This document shows positions 12,772 through 23,095 of a stretch of 64,000 nucleotides of DNA, in pieces. Every line of letters begins with the position of its first letter. Positions within the stretch are counted from its first letter, which is position 1. Location: contig LSRY02000030.1 in the NCBI GenBank assembly GCA_001643675.2, positions 806,001-870,000 on the forward strand, in the 5' to 3' direction. A program made the translations under genes and the position numbers. The notes below the pieces were generated by a model, which was not told the origin of the DNA, made no database searches, and saw nothing but the letters and a program-made list of their open reading frames with translations. Source of the stretch: Monocercomonoides exilis PA203. Taxonomy: Eukaryota > Protista > Preaxostyla.

Positions 12772-15700
12772 ATGCAACCAAAACAATACACTCTGAGCAA
12801 GTGGTCCAGAAAGCTGTGGGAATATGCCACCTCCATTTCTGGAGATTACACTTTCGAGTTATTTGACTATTTCATTTTTTCATTTCGAAAAATGAAGGAA
12901 ATCAAAGATTCGTTATATAAAAAATCAAATGGTGTGTGCAGCATTTCATAAATAATTGAAATTTTATTGTTTGATTTTTTTTTATTTATGCATGTGCTAT
13001 TTTACAGATCAACTTGATGGAGTGATGAATTCTTTGAGTTCAATATTTCCAAAGCTTCAGAATAAAATGCAAGTTGAATTACTTAAAAATCTGAGCACTT
13101 ACTGTTCTTATTCACAATTGCGAGATTACCATTACGATATTACGCAGGGACAATACAATTATGCGAAATATGGATCACTCCTTCATTACTTGGATGAGGA
13201 GAGTGATTGTGAAGATAGAAGATGCAAAAAAAGGCATTATCTCGATGAAGAATCACTTGCAAAAGTGAATAGGTTTTTGCTTGAAAACACAGATGAATCC
13301 TCAGAGCTCCAAAAAAGAAAAAACAAAGTGAGAAAAAGTTTCCATGACTCTGAAGGTTTGTATTTTTTTTATTTTCCGTTATTTATTTTGTGTTTCATTT
13401 TTCAAAAAAAAAGATCTTGATAATGATAATGGCTGGGGCATTTTCAGCGAAAATCGTTTTTCTTCAGGTGTTGATGCACAACAAAATGAATATTCCTACG
13501 AAAACATTCAAAATTTCGATAAATCAATTCAGGCATCTGTATCACACGTTCCACAATTTATTGTCAATGTTCAGAAGACACATGAATTGAATCTTTGTTC
13601 TCCATCAAAATCAGTTGGCTTGAAAAATTTAGGAAACAGCTGTTACTTAGCTGCAGCTATCCAAATGTTTGCATCAATGAATAAATTCCATTCGTGGGAA
13701 TTTCAGAAAGAAACGAAAGATATTCTTTCTTCAACAATTATCAATATTTGCAAATCAATCAATGATCAACAGGAGAATGTTGAATCTTTCTGGAACGAAG
13801 AGTTCTACGAAAAATGGAACAATGAAAATGATATTTCAAAAATGGAGGAGCACGAATTTGATGATGCAGTTGAGTGGTTTCTGAAAATAATACGTAAACA
13901 ATCTCCTACTGCCATGAACAATTTGGGTTGTCATTCAACAGATAATATCATTTGCCAAATGTGTGGATATGCATCTTTTGAAATGCCACAAAAAGTTGAT
14001 ATTATCATTCTGCAAGGTCATTCAATTGAACATTCGTTGAACGAGTTTCAAATCCTTCAATCTCAAAGAAAGAACGAAGAATTGAGCTGTCCATTGTGCA
14101 GATCGATTGGTGGAGTGATTCAGCAAACTCAATATGCAAACAACTCAGATTTCTTGTTATTTCGATGTGAGAATAATTCTATTTCTACAAATGAACAAAA
14201 CGAAAAAACAGCTGGATTGAACAAATCATTATGGATGATTGAAGTTACCAAAAGCATGCAATGCACTGATCAAGATTCAACTCAGAAAGAGAAATACAAT
14301 CTTCTTTCTATTATTTTGTTTAATCCAACAATCCATCATTATATTTGTATTACATTATCCCATATTGAACAAATCGAAAACAGCAACGAATACAATTTCC
14401 ATTGGAAAATATGCAACGATGAAAATGTGGAAGTTGTTAATGATCTTGAAATTAAAAGCAAATATGAAGAGTTGTGTTCAAACGGATGGAAAACAAGTTT
14501 TCTGTGTTATGTTAAAAGTTCATTTATTCAAATAGAAACTCAAAGACAATCTGTTTTTCTCGATTCATCTTTTGATCACTTCAGCAATGATTCAAATAGT
14601 TCAAACAATGCACCTGAAAACAACATGAATGATTCTATGTTTTGTGGTGGAGTTAACAGAACAACTTATAAAACTAAAAAACAACTTCACAGTGAATTGG
14701 TGTTAAAAACAGGAATCAATATGTCCTACTCATATTTCTGCAAGAAAACACAAGGAATCATCACAAAACCTAGAAACAGAACTGACTTGTGCTCCATTTG
14801 TGAAAGGGCAAGATATTTACAGAAAATATCTCAAAATAGAGAACTCAGTGATCAGGAAAATGAAGAGCTGCAATACATAACGGAGCACAAAAAATGGGCA
14901 GAATGCCAAAAACAATCATTTGTTGATTCAAAGAGCAAATTGAAAAATGGAGATCTTCTTTTGCTGCTAGACTTCAAAGAGAATTGGCAGCTTCCGCTTT
15001 CAAGAAGAGAAGTCAGTAAAGATTTTTACACAAAAAAGCAAGTGTCAGACCTGTGCATTATTTCATACACAAAACAAAAAGATTCACTTCATAAAACATG
15101 TCATCACTTCATTTCGGACTGTTTAACTCATGATTTCAGATACGCCATTGAATGCTTGAACGTAGTTATAGAAAAACATATATCAGAATCACACCCACTT
15201 CAATCAACTCTGACAATTTTTTCAGACTCTGGCCCTCACTTCAGGAATAAATACTTTTTAAGTAATTTTCTTAGTGGCAGTCAAAATCTTCAACAATTTT
15301 CATCGATATTTGTTAATTACTTCACAGAGCAGCATGGTAAATCGGAATGCGATGGAGAGTTTGGATTAATTTCATCCAAATTGTCGACTTCAAGCTTAGA
15401 AACTGGAAGTAATGCTTCATCATTTTGTGCCTTTTTGAAACAAATTTTTGATTCTTCAATTCAAAGCACCTCAAATGAGAAAATGAGCAGACAGTTTCAC
15501 TTGTGTGTTTCACTTTTTTTCATTTAATAACGTTGAAGTTTTTATTTTAATTGATTTTGGCTTCAGATACACTCCTTCAAATAAAAAAACTTGGAGTTGG
15601 CTGAAAATACCATCGATGATGATTTATTTATCTTTCAAAAGACAAAACGATCATATATTCACAGCATCTCATTCACAATTGTTAGAGGATAAATGGAAAA

Positions 15701-16107
15701 TCATCAGTGATTGCAAAAGTGGGCAAGAAAGAATAGTTGCAGAAAGAAAGAAGTTTGCAGGAGCAATTGCAGATCATACAAACAATATGCCCATCAATGA
15801 CAGAACATTATCTCGAATAAATCAAAGAATGTCAATGGAAAAATCAGCAGCCTTTTCACTTCAAAAGAAAACTGCATCAAAAGGTTGTTCATATTCAAAT
15901 CAAAGCATTCAATTCGAAAGAAAAAAAGAGACCGAAAAATTGCGAAACAAAAATGATTCACATATTATTTACCACACGCGGAGGAATTCTTCTAATATCG
16001 ATGATGATTTGATGATTGTTGAAACAAATGAAATTATAAAATTAAATAAAAAAAAATCTTCCAATTCAGAAATAGACAATCACTCAAACAAACGAAAATG
16101 TTTTTAA
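12772..16107 (+). CDS. USP (peptidase C19) deubiquitinase - Sola-like DDD transposase fusion protein, ~1045 aa, 4 exons (12772-12931, 13008-13355, 13414-15502, 15567-16107)
   Basis: Three phase-compatible GT-AG introns (12932-13007, 13356-13413, 15503-15566) join four ORFs into one frame. USP motifs: GLKNLGNSCYLAAAIQ, DDAVEWF, CQMC/CPLC, HHYICI, WKICNDENV. Transposase motifs: TDLCSICE, LLDFKENW, ISDCLTHD, IFSDSGPHFRN, YFTEQHGKSECDGEFG. Start codon uncertain. Confidence 0.85.
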
Positions 16108-16302
16108 TCTCTAATGAGTATTTTGTTGTTCAAATAAGTTGAAATATTGTGTTTATTGTTTTTGAACTGTTTCCACAATTGTTAATTTATTCATTAATTT
16201 CAAAACTATTTTTTCAACTGCAATGATTTGAAGTTCTTGTGCATTTTTTGATTTATGTTGTTATTGTATTCTAATTTTTTTTTTTGAGTCTTCTTGACTT
16301 CA

Positions 16303-16545
16303 TTGCTCAGCTCATTGCAGTCTAGTCGGTTCCGAAAAAAAATATTCATAAAACATAAAGGGGTTGGGGTTCCCGAAACGCAGACTCCCAGGAAAAAATG
16401 ATAATACTGTTTTTCAAACTTTATTGTTATTTTTTTGCTTAGCTTGCAAAAGTCTAGTCGGTTTCGCTTTGTGTTAAATGAATATTTGGGGTTGGGGTTC
16501 CCGGAATTATGACTCCCAGGATGAAGTTTTGATAAATCTGTTTTT
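16303..16545 (+). repeat. Two imperfect direct repeats (~132-bp period) with GC-rich conserved blocks
   Basis: Blocks ttgct.agct, agtctagtcggtt, ggggttggggttccc and gactcccagga each occur twice in the same order (16319-16393, 16451-16521). Confidence 0.8.
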
Positions 16546-16635
16546 TATTTTTTCATCCTTTTTTCTAAAAGCAGTTATATTTATTTTGAAATTGAATGAA
16601 TTAGTAACATTTGTGGAAATGTTTCAAATTTTTTT

Positions 16636-16638
<3 letters not shown>

Positions 16639-16677
<39 letters not shown>
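16639..16677. repeat. Poly-T tract
   Basis: Uninterrupted run of ~39 T. Confidence 0.9.
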
Positions 16678-16678
<1 letters not shown>

Positions 16679-17464
16679 ATCATTTTCACCTTTTTGAATA
16701 CCAAAGTACTATAATTATTAACGTTTTTAAACTTATCGGAATGTTGAAGTTTGTTTTGAGAATTATTTGTTTTTAATATGGAAGAATTAAAAAATCAAAC
16801 GTTATTATCATTCATACATTTATGATGAAGAATTTTTATTTTCAAAAAAAACAAAAACTATATCCCACAATTAAATTTATTTCTTTGAAGATAAACAAAC
16901 AAGGGCATAAAAATTATGATTTTCCGTATTTTGTCCCAAATGGAAAAAAGATGCGAATCAAATTAATTTTTCAGGGAAAAAATGAAAAGAAAACGAAAAT
17001 CAATGCACGATGAAGAAATACATATGGAGTATTCAAAACAACGGAAAATAGCTTGTGACGAGAGCAACAAAGAAATAGAAGGCAACGAAGAATAACTATT
17101 TAGCGATTTGCACTTTTCTTATTTCGGTTTTTTTTATCATTTGGACTCGGTTTTCCTTTGTCTTGAAGATCTCTTAGGTTTTTTGCCGCCCAGTTTTTCA
17201 TCAACTTCACAACAAATAAATTTTACAAATAATAAGTTAATAAAGTTCAAAAATAATATTTCTCAGAAAGAAAAAAGTATTAAACAATAACCTGAGGTTT
17301 TGTCACGCAGTCATATCTTTCCGATTTGTTCTGCTAATACAGATATTCAGCCTTTTCATTAATATGAAAATGACATATTTCATTTATAAACCTGTCATTA
17401 GTTGTCAAGCTGCTGCAAAACAAAATACAAGTCCATCTTTCGTTAAAATATCCTATATTAATTT

Positions 17465-18541
17465 ATGTCTGACAACGGAACTGATGTCGATGCCTGTGGC
17501 TAGCCCCAACAGACCCCATGTGCCACCATCGAGTATGCCCTCAACTGCTTCATTTCCCTCCTTCAAGACGCCTCTCTCACACTCCTCTCCTCAATATTTG
17601 TTCCAACTCAAACACTCATTTTTAATGCAGCTGAAACCATAATCACTGGAAATGGCACAACTGCCACAACCATCTCATCCAGTGATATTCCTCAACATTC
17701 ATCAACATCAACAATTTCTTCACCAGATCCATCTGCCACTTCTTCCCTCTTCCAACAGACCCAGGGCTCCCTCACAGTCTCTGCCCTTGCCATCGCCCAC
17801 AACTCCACAAATCAAATCACCCCCATCCTCTTCCACCTCTCCGATAACTCCCATTCCCTCAACCTCAACACAATCACCATCATCGGAACAACCTCGTCTT
17901 CATCATCCTTCACAACACCCCTCTTATTCCTCACTGCTGGCTCCCTCGCCCTCAACCACACAGCAATCACCAGTCTCGCCCTCAACAGCCAAAGCATCTT
18001 CCACCTCACCTCCCTCACAGCACCCCTCACCCTCAACTCCTCCAACATCACAGACATCACCTCCACAGCCTCCCCCACCAGCTGTGTCCTCTCCTCTGCC
18101 ACCTCCCCTGCCCTCTCCATCTCCTTCGCCAACTGCACCATCACCAACATCAACTCAGAACAGTTGAGCCAACAAAGTGCCACAGATGGCGGGTGCACCT
18201 CATTCGTCTCATCTGCTTCTGCCAACACATTTTTGGTGTGCAGCACCATCTTCTCCACCTGCTCTGTGAGCGAGGATACAAGTTCTGGAGGAAGAGGCGG
18301 TGCTCTCATGATAGAGTACAACGATGATTCAGAAGTGTCAGAATCTTCCTTTTCCATCACCAATATCGTGTTTTCAACCAACAAGGTCAGTGCAGGAAGA
18401 GATATGTATTTTGTGTGTGAATCATTTGTCGCTTCTGTAAAGGAACCCTTGTTCACCTTCATGACAAGCATCACTCAGAAAGACAACTCGGCTGTTGGGC
18501 ATGACAGAACAGAGGCATTCGGTGATTGGAATTTCGATTAA
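17465..18541 (+). pseudogene. Internal fragment of a Cys/Gly-rich beta-helix-like surface protein gene
   Basis: One frame reads SDNGTDVDACG*PQQTPCATIEYAL...GGRGGALMI...FSTNKVSAGRDMYFVC, the same module as in the 3066-aa protein. Has an in-frame TAG and lacks start, signal peptide and TM region. Confidence 0.75.
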
Positions 18542-19349
18542 TAAATCTTTATCAACGGGCATACAGCTGACAATGAACATGTGGAAAGAATACTTGGCAT
18601 CAAGGAAGTGAATTGCGAGTTGGAAAAGACTCCCAACAAGAGTGCGCACAATGAGACGAGGCTTCTGAAGAAAGTGCAGATCATAAGGCTGAAATCATTT
18701 CATCAGCTGACTTGTCGGTGAATTAATGTGCAAATGAAGGCAAAGTCGAAGAAATTTAAGTTGTTGGAACATAAAACAGAAGAATTTGCATCATACACGC
18801 GGTTGATGAAATCAACATTGCTTGTCGGGCATTTATTCTCTTGTTGCTTAGAATTCTCCTCCAAATTTGAATTTCTTCCAAAACTCATTCATTCATTTGT
18901 CATCTTCTCGACATGTCGAAGGCGTGTGACGTTGTGTAACCTTCCGAACTCTATTTTGAAACCCATCCATTTCACAAAAGAACTGCTTCAATGTTTTTTC
19001 TGTTTTCACAGCAAATGCTTCGGTTTCAAAATGTGAAAAGTCGGAACTGTCCTCCTTTTTTTAATTTTGACATGCCAAACGGCTGTTCTCCTCAAAAAGT
19101 TTCTTTCATTTCGTTGTCTCATTATTTCAGCAGAAATTCTGCGATTGAATAAAAAATTATCTGTGCTTCTGGATAGAAATGAAAGACGAGGCATGATGTT
19201 GAATTTGGCTAGAGTTGAATGAAATGGAAATATAAATGTTTTTATTGATCATAGAAGGAGGCGTTGAAGAAGAAGAAATAAAATAAAATAAATTCATCTT
19301 GATGGCATTTCATTTCAAATAATTTGAATGAAAACATCAATCATTCAAC

Positions 19350-21200
19350 GTTGACACATTGAGGCGAAGAAATGAGAATGATTTATTTTTTGTTCAGTTT
19401 ATATGTGCTGAAGAATTGAATGGAATAAATGCATCAGAATGTCCATGGACTCATCCAACGCCAGCGGAAAATTTACTGTTTAGAGGAAGCGGAAGAAGAG
19501 GAAGAAGAGGAAGAAGAAGCAGTGATGGGTGTGGTGGATAGGAGGAGATCGAAGACGGAGATGGAAAGAGTGAAGATTGAGAAGGCGGAAAAGATACAGA
19601 GAAAGAAGGGATTTGTCGTGTGGCTGCAGGAGATAAAGGGGAAAGCGATGGAGATAAAGTGGGATACTCACTTCCACCGATGCTCTTTCTGACAATGTTA
19701 TGATTGATATTGTTGATATTGTTGTTCTTATTGGAGTTGTGATAGCTTACAGTAGGTGGAATTGCAGTCTTCACAGAAGGAACAGCCGGTTGAGTTCGAG
19801 AAAGAAGCACACCGAAGTTGTTGAGTGAAGCTTGTTCAGAATGTGTTTGGAAATAAACAGAAGAAGAAGAGGAGGAGGAGGAAGCTGTCTGAGAAGGAAA
19901 TGGATGAGCTAACTGCTTCCATTGAGCTCTTCCAGGATTAGCAGCAACAATACCGATGAATGACCAGACAAACGAGGGAGAGAGGAGAGAGAAAGGAGAA
20001 GAGGAGGAAGGAAGAGGAGGAAGTGGCATTGACGATATTGAGGAGGAGGAAAATGATTACGTGTGAGGGAGTTTTGAGACAAATGGAAGAGAAGATGCAT
20101 TTGAAGTGGATGAAGAGCAATCAGATGGAGAATTGAATCCAAATGGGAAAAAAGAAAAAGAAGGGAAAGAAGAGGAAGAGGAAGAGGAAGAGGAAGAGGA
20201 AGAAGGCGATAGATTATTGACAGGAAGAGAAGGAGATGAATTTTTTTCAGAAGGGCTGCTGAGTGAATTGTGAGCAGATGATTCAGATGAAGCAACTGGA
20301 GTGGAAGGCAAAGAGGCAGTTGAATCAATTAAAAGAGTTGAACTGTTCAACGAAGAAGAAGAAGAAGAAGAGGATGATGATGAATCAGATGATGTTGAAG
20401 AAGGACGTGGTTGTGAAGGTGAAGGTGAAAGAAAAAGATGATTTGACGAAAGAGAAGAAGGCGAAACTTGTGCGATCTGAATGACCGGCGAAGGAGATGA
20501 CTGAACAGAAGAAGAAGAAGAAGAAGAAGAAGAAGAAGAAGAAGAAGAAGAAGAAGAAGAAGAAAAAGAAAAAGAAAAAGAAAAAGAAGAAGGCGATTAT
20601 GAAGTTAATGCTGAATGATCAGATTTCAACACAATGACTGCTTTCGCAAACAAAATTCTCGAAGTAGCAGATTAAAAAAAAATGAAAGAAGAAAAAGAAG
20701 AAGGGGCATCTGAGAGAGAAATGGAATGAAATGAGTTCGATGATGCTCTTTGGACGAGCTGGGCGGCAAAGGCGAGCAAGACTCATTTGAAGAAAATGCA
20801 GACAAAATGAGCAGATTCCAATTTCATATCAGCCAATAGCAACAACAAATGGAAGAATTATTCCGTGTTGCAACATGAGTATTTGATGGTCAATAAGTTC
20901 TCAATAACGAAGAAGGTGCACTTCACATTAGCCAAGATAATAAAAAATATCGTCGATGAAGATATCGAAGGAGAAGGAGAAGTAACAACACAATTCGTAA
21001 AAATACTGCTTTTAATGAATTGTATCTGAGGATAGCGCTCAACATAAAAAACACTGTTGGTTGGAATGGGAAAAAATGATTCAAATAATACATAAAAAAA
21101 AATTAGTTTTGCATTGATTATAAAAATGCGTTCAAAAGTTCACACCTGCCATCTTTTTAGCAAATGCAGAAAATTGTTCAATCACTGAGGCTGTCAATCT
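19350..21200 (-). pseudogene. Decayed Ser/Pro-rich low-complexity gene
   Basis: Consecutive minus-strand Ser-rich ORFs (20057-20350, 19451-20029) broken by stops and frameshifts. Confidence 0.4.
20507..20591. repeat. (GAA)n microsatellite grading into (GAAAAA)n
   Basis: Direct reading. Confidence 0.9.
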
Positions 21201-21698
21201 CCATTTCCACTGCTTCGCAGTGTTTCTTTCTTCATCGTCCTTTTTTCCCAACAAAAACAAAATTATCAATTCTTTTACACTTCATAAAACAAGAAAAAAA
21301 TATTTCTACCATTTAACCCGAATGCTGTCTTTTGTTTGCATTCTTCTTTGTTGAAAAAAGCTTTCTGTTTGAATCAATGAAAAAACAATAAATGTAATAT
21401 TCGATCATGTTTCGAATTGTTTTGAAAAACACTTTTTTCATTTTTTTCTAAATAGCTTGTGACCCAAGATTTTATTCTAAATACTTTAACCGGGCTTGAT
21501 AAAGCTTATACCAGAAAGACAGACTTGTTACGGGTTTTTCATGGTTTTTCAGTAAATAAATTATATTTGTGGAAAGAATGTGTATTTACAGGAACAACAT
21601 AGATGTTTCGACAAACAAGTTGAACTATTCGTAATAACTTGTTTGTATCCAGAATTTATAATTTTTTACGAAACAATTCATAGTTATGGTAAAATATC

Positions 21699-22992
21699 TA
21701 ATGTTGATCTGTCCGAAAATAATTTTGATCATCCCACTCTTAATATTAAAATTCGATGAACCATTTTTATCATTTTTTATGTTGATGATTAAAAATGTTT
21801 TTTTATTTGATTTGAAAGTTGTTTGTCTGGTTTTTGTTTGACGAAGCGTAATGATTGTTGCATAGTGTTTAGATATCGACTGTCTGATTGATGTTCAAAT
21901 TGTTATTTCGTCTCATATTTTGGAATAATAAATCTCACTCAACAAACATGTTATTTGAGAATTTTCATTCTTTTATTTGAAATATTCAATTTGCTTTATG
22001 ATTGCTTTAAAAAGAATTATGTTATTTTTATGTGAGTAATTCAAATTCGAACGAGGTGAATATATTTATTTTTGGCTCGAATTTTCAATCTGTTCAACAA
22101 ATTTAAAATCTTTTTATCGTTTGTTTGCATATCGTCAAGTCAGGATATTGAAAATTGTTCGTTTTTATTTGTTTTTATTACTTCAATAAGACTTATTCTT
22201 TGAACATATTTTACTGGAAAAAACACAATATTTGAGCAGATCTTATTTTCAGAATAATTTAAAATGCACTCGCATGAAACTTTTTCACAAAAATTGAAAA
22301 GAATTTTCACATTTATTAAAAATATGTGTCCTTACAAAAAACGAATGAGTCAAATAAAAAAATAAACTTCATAATGAAAAAACAAATATTAATTCTTAAG
22401 AGAAAATAATATTTTCTTATTAACTTTGAACACAAAGTTATTAAATAAACAAGAGAAAGCGAGTGAATTGATTTGAACGAAATATTGATACAAAAACAGG
22501 CTTTCGCAGTTTAAAAAACAAAAATGCAATAAATAAAAAGTGAATATTAATTTATGCATATATGAATTTCGAAAATATGTGAAAGTTTTGACGAGAAGAA
22601 ATATATTATCTCATGCACTTTTATGAAATATTTCGAGACAACTATCTTTCCTTTTGAAGTGTGTTGATGTTTCATTCTATTGCAGTACCCCGCTTCATAA
22701 AAAATTTCTTCAACATGAATTGTTTTAGTTGGATAATTAATTCTATATGATTCAAATCAAATAGAATTACAAAATGGTGGAAATGTTCAGAAAAGGTTGA
22801 GATAATATAGAATTTCACAAAAGCAAACTGTTAATTTTTTGTTTGTCAATTGCATTTTCACAATTAACGCAGTTAAAAAAATATTAATCCATCAAAAATT
22901 GAAACACAACAATCACTTCATTTAATAATGGGTGAACATTTTCAATAATGTTGATGGTATGATCGACATTTTTTTTGGACAGATCAACATTA
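21699..22992. mobile_element. Possible degenerate ~1.3-kb TIR element
   Basis: taatgttgatctgtcc (21699-21714) is the exact reverse complement of ggacagatcaacatta (22977-22992). Imperfect match continues ~30-50 bp inward; interior is AT-rich and non-coding. Confidence 0.45.
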
Positions 22993-23095
22993 TTTTTGGA
23001 CAGACTGAATAAAACTTCTTATTCACTCCCATAATAAAAAAATAATTATCACAAATAATTAATAATCCAATTATTTTCATTGAGGCAAAGTGAGA

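Noticed and set aside
16319-16521. CRISPR-like array, Helitron 3' end or telomeric seed (ggggttggggtt)
   Set aside because: Only two units in a eukaryotic context; the hairpin-CTAG spacing does not fit a Helitron end; two hexamers are too few for a telomeric tract.
5183-16937. ttatgccct / agggcataa as TIRs enclosing the USP-transposase
   Set aside because: Short match; read as GGGCAT-type termini they face outward rather than enclosing the interval; no TSD seen.
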